In this document: in pieces, positions 53,944 through 64,000 of the stretch
How positions within the stretch are numbered: position 1 is the stretch's first letter
How the letters are laid out: the number at the start of each line of letters is the position of its first letter
Origin: Prasinococcaceae sp. CCMP 1430
Lineage: Eukaryota; Plantae; Prasinodermophyta
Assembly: GCA_013416795.1 (NCBI GenBank)
Contig: RQSC01000001.1
Location: 317,834 to 381,833, forward strand
DNA: 64,000 nucleotides
Direction of reading: 5' to 3'
The notes under the pieces: model-generated
What the model was told of the DNA's origin: nothing
The model's input: only the letters and a program-made list of their open reading frames with translations
Database searches by the model: none
Translations under genes and position numbers: made by a program

Positions 53944-54222
53944 CGGCTGGCGCACACACCCGACGCGCGTAATTCACCTCCTGCGGCATCATGAGACCCA
54001 CAGCTGTGCGCCTCACGACGGTGCGCAACGAGACAACAGCGGGTGAGGGTGGAGCGAGGTGGTGCGTGTGCCATGCGGACGCGCGCGCGTGCGTGCCTGT
54101 GGAGAGGCGTGCGATGCTTGGTCCGCGGCGTGGCGTGGTCAGAGTGGGCGGGCGGCAAGGCATGTGAGTTAAAGAACAGTCCCGCGTATTTACATCCGTG
54201 ATGTATGCTGGCATGCATACGT

Positions 54223-54426
54223 TTATCCCGCCCCATAAATGTTGGAAACGGAGCTCTCATCGTGCACGCGCCAGATGGTCTCGCCGAGCTGCGCAGGATG
54301 CGCACGCGGGGCGCGGGACGCGGGTGCGGTCGCAAGGCGTCAGACAGCCGTTCGCCCTTGCCGACTCGGGTGCGAGCGCGCGCGCGCGGGGGGAGCTCGA
54401 CGACGACGCGGGTGCGTGCGCGTGTG

Positions 54427-54462
<36 letters not shown>

Positions 54463-55345
54463 GCGCGGCATCACGCGGGCGCTCGCGCTGCCCAGAAGCG
54501 CGAATCGCAGCGGCGCACCGCGCACGCACCAAGTTGGCAACCGAGAGCACGGTGAGCTGCGGGAAGTACGACCCCACAGGCAGCTCGATCGTGTTGGCCA
54601 CGATGACCTCCTCGAACACACCGCTCGAGAGGCGTTCGATCGCCGGGGGCGAGAACACCGCGTGCGTGGCGCAGGCGTACACGACCTTCGCGCCCTTGTC
54701 GCGCAGCAGCTGCGCCCCCGCCGTGATGGTCCCCGCTGTGTCGATCATGTCGTCGACCAGCACGGCCACCTTCCCGTCGACGTCACCGATGAGGTTCATC
54801 ACCTCGGCCACGTTGTGCCCCGACCTGCGCTTGTCGATGATGGCCAGTGGGGCGTCGCTGAGCTTCTTGGCGAACGCGCGCGCGCGCGCCACGCCGCCCA
54901 CGTCGGGCGACACGATGACGAGGTCCTCGGTGCTAATCATCTTGGACGCCAGGTAGTCGAGGATCACGGGCGAGCCGTACACGTGGTCCACGGGAATGTC
55001 AAAGTACCCCACGCACTGGCCGCTGTGGAGGTCGATGGAGATGACGCGGTCGGCGCCGGCCTTGGTGATGAGGTTCGCCGTCAGCTTCGCGCCGATGGAC
55101 TCGCGGCCGACCACCTTGCGGTCGGCGCGCGCGTAGCCAAAGTACGGGATGACGGCGGTGATGCTGCGCGCCGAGGCACGGCGGCACGCGTCGATCATCA
55201 CGAAGAGCTCCATCAGGTGGTCGTTCGCCGGCGGCGACGTCGGCTGGATGAGGAACACGTCGCAGCCGCGCACGGACTCCTGGACCTGCACGTACGTCTC
55301 GCCGTCCGCGAAGTGCTTGATGTTGATCTTGCCAAGGTTCACGCC
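54223..55345 (-). CDS. PRS: Ribose-phosphate pyrophosphokinase (class I PRPP synthetase), 5' exon(s) lost in the gap
   Basis: Exon 55345-54530 has FADGETYVQVQESVRGCDVF, PYFGYARADRK, VVSPDVGG-like IVSPDVGGVARA and VDDMIDTAGT. Last exon 54288-54223 reads LGETIWRVHDESSVSNIYGAG*. Confidence 0.93.
54429..54459. repeat. Poly-G run (about 31 nt) inside the last PRS intron
   Basis: Uninterrupted G homopolymer. Confidence 0.95.
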
Positions 55346-55451
55346 CTGCGACATGCGGGGAGCGCGGCGGCGGCGGGCGTCAGCCAGCGGCGGCGCGGGG
55401 CGGAGCTACGGCAGCAGGGGGCTGCCACGCGCGGCCGCCACGGAGGCGGCG

Positions 55452-55480
55452 NNNNNNNNNNNNNNNNNNNNNNNNNNNNN
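55452..55480. other. Assembly gap (N run)
   Basis: Ns from 55452 to 55480; the missing PRS N-terminus implies the true gap is larger. Confidence 0.99.
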
Positions 55481-56275
55481 CCACCCGCCGCACCCGAGGC
55501 ACCCCGCCCCCGCCACAACGCACCGCACCGCACCCCGCGCGCGCGCGCGCGCGCAACCCAGCAACAAAACAGCATTTCATGCAGCGCACACCCGCCACAT
55601 CACCCACATCCCCACCCCAATCACAACCCAAATCAAAATCCCACCCACCATCTCGACTGGGCCGGACTTGGAATCGCGCGCGCGCGCGCGCGCGGCGGCG
55701 GCGAAAGCGCGCGAAAGCGCGAAAGCGCGCCCAACCGACCGATCCGAACCGACCCGACCAAACCTTTTTTCCCAACCTTTTTCGGCGCGCGCTCCCTCCG
55801 CGCGAGGCTCCCGCCACTTTTTTTTTTTGCGGACTTGGGTGTTTTTTTTTTTGTTTTTGTTTTTGGTTGGTTGGTGGGTGGGTGGCTCGGCTCGATTCGA
55901 GTCGGGTGTGGGTGGCTGTGTCTGTCCGTTTCGGCGCTGGCGCGCCCTTTTTTTTTGGTTGGTGGGTGGTTGACTCGGATCAGCGCGTGGGTTCGCGGGG
56001 CGCGGCTTCCGCGGCCTCGCGCGCCGCGCGCGTGGGAGCGGAAGCGGAAGCGACGACGGCCGGGGAATCTTTTCCCTGCCTCCCTCCCTCCCTCCCTCCC
56101 TCCCGCCACGCCAGCATGTCCCGCTGCTGGCCACCGGCCGGCCGACGCAGAAGTCGATTCGCCCAGCCCGGCGGGCTGGGCCATCGGGGGGATGTGCGAG
56201 GCTTCGGTGATGGCGTTCGTGATGAAGTATCATATGTACCCACAGGCGATTGCCTTTTGAGTGATCATGTGATGG

Positions 56276-57126
56276 GTGTCTGTCTCTGCGTCCGGGCGCG
56301 CAGGCGCGCGGGCGCGCAGCAGCGGCGCGCTCGCGGATGAGGCGCGGGTGGCGCACGCAGAAGTCGATTCGCCCAGCCCTGTCGCGCGGCGAGCGCGCGC
56401 GGCCGCGAGCGCGCCGGCGACACTCGGCGCGGAGACCGAGTGGGCGCTGCGCTTCGACCTCGCCGTGCCCACGCAGGCGCCGAATGAGGACACGGCGGAT
56501 GCGACGGGCGATGATGCCACAGCGTGCGTGCGCCTGCGCGTGCGTTTCATCACAGAAGAAGGGTACGAACCTCCACAGGGCGTCGTGGAGGTCGTCGAAG
56601 ACGAGGCAGGCTGCATTGACACGAGCGAGAGAATGCGCTGGTCTCTGTCTGAGGATCCGAACGATCGGAAGGACAGTCTGTGGGTGCGTCTCTTTACCTG
56701 TCTGCCTGCCTCTCTCTCCCTCCCTCTCGTGCGCACATGCACGCATTGCTGCCGCGCGCGCTGAGCGGCCTGCGCGCGTCGTGCGCTGCCTGCGGTCGCG
56801 CGCATGCTGACCTCGTCATTGCCTCCCGCACGCCCCTGCAGATTTGGGGCCTCTTCGAGCAACCGCTGTATCCTTTCCTATTGCTTGAGCTCACCACGAC
56901 CGGCAACGTCGCGCTGAGCACCGGCCAGATGCTCGCGGCGGGGACGACGCTGTACTCGCAGCTGCCGCACGCCTACGGCTCCAAGAGCGGCACCGTTCTG
57001 GGCGAGGGCGGCGTCAACGTCCGGCGTGTCACGCGCTACCAGGCGGACTTGGCAGGCCTCAGCACAGCCGACGTGGCGGAGGACGTGCCGGTGGGCACAT
57101 GCACGGCCGTGCGCACCGACAGCTGA
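56276..57126 (+). CDS. Hypothetical protein, probably plastid-targeted; 5' structure uncertain
   Basis: MRWSLSEDPNDRKDSLW joined over intron 56684-56841 (phase 0) to IWGLFEQPLYPFLLL. Clean splice sites and a well-structured aromatic motif. Confidence 0.65.
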
Positions 57127-57494
57127 GCGATGCACGCCGGGGGTCCCCCCCGTCTGCAGCACGCATCGCGCTCGCGAATCCGCGTAATTAAGGGTACGAC
57201 CCATAGGGTCTCTCTTCCGACGCGAAGCATGCAGCACATGCAGAGCGCGATGCAATGCGCCCTTCGCCTGGGCCGCGCCGACGCGCGGACCCCTGCGCGA
57301 ATCCCAGACGAAACCTGATGTGAATTAATCTACGGGTTCTTTTTTAAATCTGGAATCCTGTGGAATCCAGTGGACTCCCGGTTGGTGTGCCGTTTCCCGA
57401 CGCGGCGCGGACCGGCCTCGGCGCGCGCGCGCCACAGGCGGGCGCCGCGGGCGCTGGGCGCGGTGGCGGCGCGCGGCCGCCGCCGCCGGCGGCG

Positions 57495-60400
57495 ATGGCG
57501 GGCGCTGGTCATGCGGGGCTCTCGTTCGATGTGTCGGTGGACGAGACGCGCTTCGTGCCGGCGCAGCTGAGCGTGCCTGTGGGGGCGACCGTGACATGGA
57601 CGTCGACGGCCGCGCGCGGTGCGCGCGCGCCCGAGCACTGGCTCGAGGTCGAGGTCGGCGACGGCGCGCCAGCCGCGATGCTCGGGGACTCGCGTGTCGC
57701 GCCGGGCCGGCCGTTCTCATGGACATTCCAGGAGCCTGGCGTGTACTCGTACGCAAGCTGCATCTTCTCTTTCATGAAGGTGCGCGCAGCCAGGCGCAGC
57801 GACCGCCCCTCCCCGCTTCCATCCCCCCCTCCCCCGCCGCCAGCGCAGGCGCAGCAGGCGCAGGGTCCCGCGTCGCGCTGACCTCCTATCCTTTCTCCCC
57901 CCGGCTGCCTACGCGCGCCTTCGACGCTCGCGTCCGGCCCGCGCTTGTTCTTGTCTCCTGGCGTTCTGCGGCGCAGGGGGAGATCGACGTCTACGACAAA
58001 GCCGCCACCGATGAGGCCCTCGCCCATGCTGAGGCGGCGGAGACCATCGCAATCGACACGGGAGGCGGCGAGCACGCGAGGGAGCTCGCGAGCGGTAGCT
58101 GCAGCGAGGGCGAGGGCGATGGGGATGGATGCGGGGGTGAAGTTTCGGCCAAAACGGTGGCCGTGGCGACAGTCAGTGCCGCTCGCGGCGAAACGTCGGG
58201 CGCTGATGCGCCATGCAGTGCAGACCCCGGTGGCGTGGCCGATGTGTTGTCGATGGTCGCAGCCGCACGCGCGGCAGTAGCCGCCGCGCGCACAGAGGCG
58301 GCCGAAGCTGTCGTCGAGGTGGAAACGTCACGCGTGACGCGCACGGCGGACGATGCGCGGCTCGAGGAGGGCCTCCGGCGCGCCCAGCGCGAGCGTGAAG
58401 GCGAACGCGCGCAGCGGCAGAATCGAGAGCGTGAGCGAGCACAGGAGAGCGCGCGGGCGCGCGAGCGTGCTAGTGCAGCGTCGGTTGTGCGCGCGGCCTC
58501 GCGCTGGGAAGCGCTCGCTCGCGCGGCGGCGCGCGCGCGCGTGCAGGCCGCCGCTGTGGCAGCCGTGGCCGCGGAGGCGCGCGAGGCAACCGCTGGCAGA
58601 GCAGAGGGCGACGAAAGTGGAACAGGACGAGGGCGCACGTCGCACAGAGCCCCGCGCGAGGCACAGCGCAAGCGTCGACGAGCCCCGAAGGTGGCCACGG
58701 CCGCCAAGAAAGCGGCACAGGATGCTGTAGAGACGCCCGGTGCTGCGCCGAGCGCGACGGGTGCGCTCGAGAGCGACACTTCTCACACAGGAGAGAGCGC
58801 AAGCGCTGCCGGCGCACGCGTGGGTCTCGAACGTGAGATCGAGTGTGAGATCGGGTGCGAGGCTCCGATACGCGAGCCGGAAATTCAGCCCGTCTCTACT
58901 ACCGATGACATCGAACAGGCATCGTGTGCCCACGGGGAGGCTCGGGTGGAAGAGCTGACGCTGCTGGAGCAGCAGGAGCTCAGGCGCTCGCGGGAATACG
59001 AGCACCAGCAGCTGCACAGTGCGGTGGGGGAGGGTGGCGAAACGTCTGAGTGGCTCCCCGCAAAGGGGTCGCGAGCTTCGCGCGCGCGGCGGACGCGCGA
59101 GGCGAAGTGCGATGCAGAGCGAGCAGCACGCGAAACACAGCGACGCGTGCGAGCCGATGACGCGAGGCGGCGCAAGGCAGAGGCCGCGCGAGCTGCAGTC
59201 TGGTCGCAGACGGAGGTACAGCACGGCGCGCAGCAAGCAAAAGCGCACGTGCAGGAACTCAGGGAGCACCCGCAACGACAGCGTCGTTGCGCGCTCGCGC
59301 CGCAGCCACCGCATGCGGCACGCTCCGAGGAGGTTGCAGCCTCTCCTGCAACAGCGCCGAAGGAAGGCGAGCGGCTGACGCGTCGGCAGCAGCGAAAAAA
59401 GGCGCAGCTTGAGCGCCAGGAGCGCGCACAGAAGCGCAAGCAAGACCAGAAGTCAGCAGATGGAAGGACGCACGCCCAGGCAGAGGGGGCGAAGCCATTG
59501 GTTGGCACCACTGACAACACTGGCGGGGTGGACGCGGGCGTGCCCCCCACAGCAGTCGCGGCGGCTCTGTCTGCAGCGAAGAGCGCTGGGGCGCAGCCAC
59601 ACGCGTCCACAAAGGCGCAGCGAGTGACTGGCGACGCGGCCAAGCCGCTGCCTCAGCCCAGGTCGCAGCCGACCACGTATCATTACGCCTCTCCACTCAA
59701 CGCACGCCGCGCGGCGCTTCGCGCAGGCTCGCGCGCGGGTGCTGGCCCCGGTTCATCCGCGCGCGCGGCATCCTTCTCTGCGCTGGTGGACTTCCTGGAG
59801 CTGTTGCCGCGCGAGGCTCTTGTGGAGCTACTCGATCTTCGCGGCGACGTGAGCGTGCCCACCGTGCGTGCCCTGTCCGAGCTGCGCCACCACAGGCAGC
59901 GTGCGAGCGGCGGCGGCGGCGGCATGTCGTTCGGGTCGATGGTGGTGGGCTACGCCGCCGGCGGTAATGCGCTGCTCGACCTTGTGGCATCCGCAGAGGC
60001 GGGGGCCGCATCGAGAGTGTCGGCGAGTGCGCTAGTTGCGGCACTTCTGGCAGCATCTGAGGGCGAGTTCGCGTGTGCGGGCACCTCCGAGCGCGCGACC
60101 GAATTCGAGGCCGCGCTACTGGGCGGATCCTATCGCGAACACCTCGCTGCTCCAAACCTCGAGGCCGTCCTCTGTCTTGCTATTGAGGCGCGCGTACGGC
60201 ACGCGTGCTGCGCTCTGCACGATGCGGAGGTTGCCGTGCGAATAGGTGGTGAGATTGGAGAAATGGGTGCTGGGGGACACCGCAGTGGTGAGAGCGGACC
60301 AGTTGCTGAGGCTCCCATAGCCCAGCACGTCTCACCTGCTGTTGCGCGCATTGGCACTCCATTTCGCCGCGCGAGCTCATACCCAACTGCTGCGGGCAGC

Positions 60401-60922
60401 AGCAGCTCGAGCTCGGACGACGCTGCCAGTGACGGCGGTACTTCGCAGTCCGCCAGCGACGTTGATGAAGACAGGAGCGTGGGCGGCGCTTTGGTGGCTC
60501 GCCCTCGCGTGCACACGCGCGCGACGATCGCAGCTGAGCGAGCGTGCGCCCTTGCTGAGGTTACTTCCTCTCCAAACGGCAACGCGCACACGAGCGCGCC
60601 CTCGATTGCGAACTCATTTGACAACGCGCAGGGTAGCGCTATTCGTCACGCTCGGCGAGGTGATGGCAAGACAACCGGGCAAAAGCGGGCGCAACAGCTG
60701 CCAGCGGCCGCGCAAGAGGCGGCTGCTCGGCGTGCTGAGCGGGTCAAGGGCGACGCGGCGCCGTCGCTTGCGGCGACATTTTTGGCGCGCTTGGAACTGG
60801 ACTGCGCGGCTGCGAGCAAGGTGGCGGAAGCGTCAGCAGCTGGCGCGTTCGACTACGCTTGTGCAGCAGCGTGGATGGCGGAGCGCTGGGAGGCCCAGGC
60901 GGGCGAGAGCAGCGTGGTGTGA
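57495..60922 (+). CDS. N-terminal cupredoxin-fold domain (degenerate Cu site) fused to a very long Ala/Arg/Glu-rich region, 2 exons
   Basis: FVPAQLSVPVGATVTWT...H...FSWTFQEPGVYSYASCIFSFMK, joined over intron 57780-57976 (phase 0) to GEIDV, then open to 60922. Confidence 0.7.
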
Positions 60923-60929
60923 CCCCTCT

Positions 60930-61477
60930 TCACCCTCCTGTGTCAACGCGCGCGCTCACAGAAACACGTTCGTAAGAATCCCAACCTGGACACCCAGTCA
61001 GCGCGAGAGCCACAGCGGCAAGTGTGCCTACTCGCGCGAGCGAGAATGATGTTAGCGCGCGGGCGCAAGACAGGTATGCGGGTGGGATTTGCGAAAGTGA
61101 TGAGAGCCTTAGATCCTCCGTCCTTGAGCGTGCGCACCAGCGGCGAAGACCGAGTGGAGGCACCTTATGTGGAAACCGGCGCCCGCATGCACATGCAAGC
61201 GCGCGCGCACGCGCCCTCAACCTATGGCGCCTGCGAGGCCGACTCGCAGCACGAATGCGCTCACCAACACTACAACTGCTGCATACTCCGGTGGAATTTG
61301 CTTCAAGTAGACGCCCCAGCCCGCGCCGACAGCGAACACGGCAGCGGCGATGACGACACCCTGCAGGAACCTCTGCCACGTCGTCGTTTTCGCCTTGCGC
61401 AGGTGCCCCTGCTTGGACGCGGCAGGGGTAGCGCCGCCCTTCTTGGCGGCGGCAGCGCGGCGCGTGACCGGCGCCAT
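60930..61477 (-). CDS. Small multi-pass membrane protein, probably 3 exons (tentative model)
   Basis: ATG at 61477 gives MAPVTRRAAAAKKGG...FLQGVVIAAAVFAVGAGWGVYL...YAAVVVLVSAFVLRVGLAGAI. Plausible downstream exons read ASTRSSPLVRTLKDGG and TLAAVALALTGCPGW. Confidence 0.45.
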
Positions 61478-62080
61478 CGTGGACTTCCCGCCGCGGTCGC
61501 TTCCCTGCCGCGCCCGCTCACCCCAAACTGCAGCCTGGGGCGCCACACGACGCACACGGTGTGGCGCGCGCTCGTGCGCACAGCCGCGCGCCCGCCGTTT
61601 CGCCCAGCCTTGAACGCGCGCGCGAGCGGTTGCGCGCGTCGGACCGCGCGCGTGGGCATGACCAGCAGCGCGCGCAGCACGAACGCCCTGCGCGAGCTCC
61701 CTAGAGACGCCGGGGGCGCGCGCGCTCGCCCTGCCAGCGCCATCGGCCGCGGCCGTGCGTTCCCTCGTCGCCTCCGGCACGGAGCCCACGTGGCACGTGG
61801 CACCCATGGGCTGCTGTGCTCGGTCCGTTGAGAGAGCTAGCTAGGGCACGACCACGCGCGTGGGTTCACAACGGAATCATGAGGCATTCACAGAAATGAA
61901 AGTTTTACCCACGGGCGATGTACATGGCTGCCGATATCGCCGATCGGCGATCGGGAGCGGTTTCGTCGTCGAAACGCGCGCACCGGGGGAACGGCCCACG
62001 GGAGACCTTGATTTTGACGGGCTCTGAATGCTATCCCTAGGACTAGCTAGTCTGGTACTGTACTAGCGGCCAACCCAAAT

Positions 62081-64000
62081 TTATGCTGCAGTGTCCTTCG
62101 CCTTGACAGCCTCGACGTCGAGGAGGAGCCGCAGCAGGTCCAGGCCCGCACGGCGGTGCAGGATCTTGTTGTATCCGGTGCACTCGGAGAAGACGGTACA
62201 GCCCGGGCACCCACGGGCGGTGAAGCATCGACACGCCTTGACGCTCGCGTGCGCGTCACGAACCAGCTGCGGAAAGACCTCCGCCACGCGCTCAGCAAGG
62301 CCCATGCCGCCCTGATGTTTTTCGTACAGCAGGATGCGCGTGGGTCGCCAGCGCGGCGCCCTGCTCATGCCGCGTCTGTGTTGTGCGACCGCAGCGCAGC
62401 GCAGTTGCGCGTCAGCTACCCGGGAGCCGCATGGATACGCCTTTGCGCATCTGGCATGCTTTGGCGGCCTCTTTGGCATCGCAGCGCGTGTGACAACGCA
62501 CCCGTATCCCTCTGGCGTATCAGGCACACCGCACTCCGCCCCGATGTCATTTCCACTGGCCGCCACACGCAGCGGCACTGCATTGATGATGGCATGGGCC
62601 GCAGCATGTGCGCCTGCTGCAGCGGCACCGCGCCCATACTTGGCACGAATCGCCGCCGCCACAACTTCAGGCACATCCACCCAGCAAGCGCGCGTCTCGA
62701 GGATCCGGTCAGGCAGGCTCCCTCGCGCATAGTCAACCCGCTCGGTCTGGCGGGTGCCCGAGCGCCACTTCTTCACGTAGCCGTGATAGACCGTTGTAAC
62801 GGTGCAGCTACCACATCGAACAATCATGCGTGGCGCGCCCGCCGCAGCCTGATCCACCGTCCGTGCCTCCGCGCCGGTTGCATCCAGGTCGGCGACGGCG
62901 CCAGCGGGGACGCTACGATCGCCAGCGCCAGCATCGTCGCCACCCTCGCACGCTTGCAGCACTTCATCATCGCCGTTTGACATCTCGTACGCTCGGCGCC
63001 CGCCTTCGACCTCGATGACGTCTTCATCGATCATAATGGTGTAGTATCCAACATTATGAGCGTGCCGCGCGGTTGCAACCATAGTGTCGAGGTCGAGGGA
63101 CTCGCATATATACTCTCGCCCCTGATTGTAGTACACTGCCCCCGGATAGACGGTCCAAAATGCCTTGCTCGCCTCGATCGACTCGAGTTCGACGCCTGTG
63201 GCGGCGTCCTTCACCACAAAGGACTCGTCGCAGATGGCACGAATGTCTACGCCCGCGGCAGGAGTTGTGTCACCACAGCCCAGCGGGATGAGAGCGAGCT
63301 GCGCTGCCGACGTCAGATCGGCCGGGGGGCGGCCCAACTCGCCTGCTCGACGCGCAGCTGCAGCAGCCGCGAAGAATGCCGCCTCTCCGACGAAAGCATC
63401 GCGATCGGCGGGCGTGATGGGATGCTCGAATGCAGCGCACGCAAGATGAGCTCGTAGCACCACAGGGGCGCTCGCATCGGCGAATACGCGCTCAAGCCGG
63501 CCCTCGAAAAGAGCCTTCGGATTTCGCATGAACCACTGGTCCAGGGGACCGCGGAAAGCAACCATGATGGACAGAGCTCGCCCCTGCCTGCGGCCTGCCC
63601 GCCCCGCCTGCTGCCAGAGGCTCGCCTGCGAACCTGGCCAGCCCAGATGCAGCGTGCAGTCGAGCGCACCCACGTCCACGCCGAGCTCGAGAGCACTGGT
63701 CGCAGCGACGCCCAATAGCCGTCCAGAGAAAAGATCGGCCTCAACCGAGCGCCGTTCCGCTGGGGTGTACCCGCCACGGTACGCACGCAACTTTGACACC
63801 AGCTCGTTCGCGATCTCTTCGCTGAGATTCTTCCTGAGCGTATCGCGTGTGTAGCGCAGCACCATCTCGGCGAGCTTCTTGGACTTGCAAAATGCGATGG
63901 TGCGAACGCCGTGCTGGACGCACTCCGCTAGCAGCAAACTGATCTCGACGATCGAGCTGAGTCGACGCTCCTCCTCTTCGCCATGTGCGGGTGCGTTCCG
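62081..64000 (-). CDS. HRQ1: Hrq1/RECQ4-related DEAH helicase with C-terminal DUF1998 Zn site (5' part outside the window)
   Basis: TIAFCKSKKLAE, AYRGGY..ERR..E..LFSG.L.GVAATSALELGVDVG and LWQQAGRAGRR. C-terminal CRCFTARGCPGC...C. In-frame 141-nt intron 62501-62361. Confidence 0.92.
   Translation of the reverse strand, partial: RNAPAHGEEEERRLSSIVEISLLLAECVQHGVRTIAFCKSKKLAEMVLRYTRDTLRKNLSEEIANELVSKLRAYRGGYTPAERRSVEADLFSGRLLGVAATSALELGVDVGALDCTLHLGWPGSQASLWQQAGRAGRRQGRALSIMVAFRGPLDQWFMRNPKALFEGRLERVFADASAPVVLRAHLACAAFEHPITPADRDAFVGEAAFFAAAAAARRAGELGRPPADLTSAAQLALIPLGCGDTTPAAGVDIRAICDESFVVKDAATGVELESIEASKAFWTVYPGAVYYNQGREYICESLDLDTMVATARHAHNVGYYTIMIDEDVIEVEGGRRAYEMSNGDDEVLQACEGGDDAGAGDRSVPAGAVADLDATGAEARTVDQAAAGAPRMIVRCGSCTVTTVYHGYVKKWRSGTRQTERVDYARGSLPDRILETRACWVDVPEVVAAAIRAKYGRGAAAAGAHAAAHAIINAVPLRVAASGNDIGAECGVPDTPEGYGCVVTRAAMPKRPPKHARCAKAYPCGSRVADAQLRCAAVAQHRRGMSRAPRWRPTRILLYEKHQGGMGLAERVAEVFPQLVRDAHASVKACRCFTARGCPGCTVFSECTGYNKILHRRAGLDLLRLLLDVEAVKAKDTAA

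Noticed and set aside
59780-60230. Weak resemblance of LVDFLELLPREALVELLDL to NST1-like stress proteins
   Set aside because: The Cys-rich signature of that family is not present. The similarity is too weak to call.
1-64000. Introner-like repeated introns or transposons
   Set aside because: By eye the introns share only splice signals and (CG)n content. No repeated intron bodies, terminal inverted repeats or transposase/RT ORFs were seen. An all-versus-all intron alignment would be needed to exclude them.

Overview
Gene-dense, very GC-rich eukaryotic nuclear DNA, most likely from an early-diverging (prasinophyte-grade) green alga. The lineage is inferred from short introns with GTGCG/GTACG/GTCCG donors and CTGAC/CTAAC branch points, and from plant-type BBX, XRN2/3/4, fibrillin, class I PRPP synthetase and peroxisomal MFP genes. 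About 29 protein-coding loci can be supported, most of them after manual splicing. There are four N gaps, all flanked by GC-rich DNA, plus a 43-bp minisatellite, a long (CA)n tract, poly-C and poly-G runs, many (CG)n runs and telo-box-like motifs in the AT-richer intergenic islands. No CRISPR array, tRNA, rRNA or transposase was recognised. The main observation is a KELP/PC4-type coactivator (20701-22497) built as DEK-C + Z-alpha-like winged helix + two PC4 domains, in a genome rich in potential Z-DNA-forming sequence. Next most notable are: an 89-aa ASDURF/beta-prefoldin-like microprotein head-to-head with WDR92 (both would be PAQosome subunits), an ANTH-Raf-like kinase fusion with WxxF motifs, a non-RD RLK/Pelle cytoplasmic kinase, a roughly 1380-aa secreted IPT/phage-like-repeat/DUF1565 mosaic, a secreted bicupin with two intact metal sites, a BBX protein with a COP1-type VP motif, and an XRN-to-fibrillin junction with no intergenic space. 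All family assignments come from motifs recalled from memory; no database search was run.
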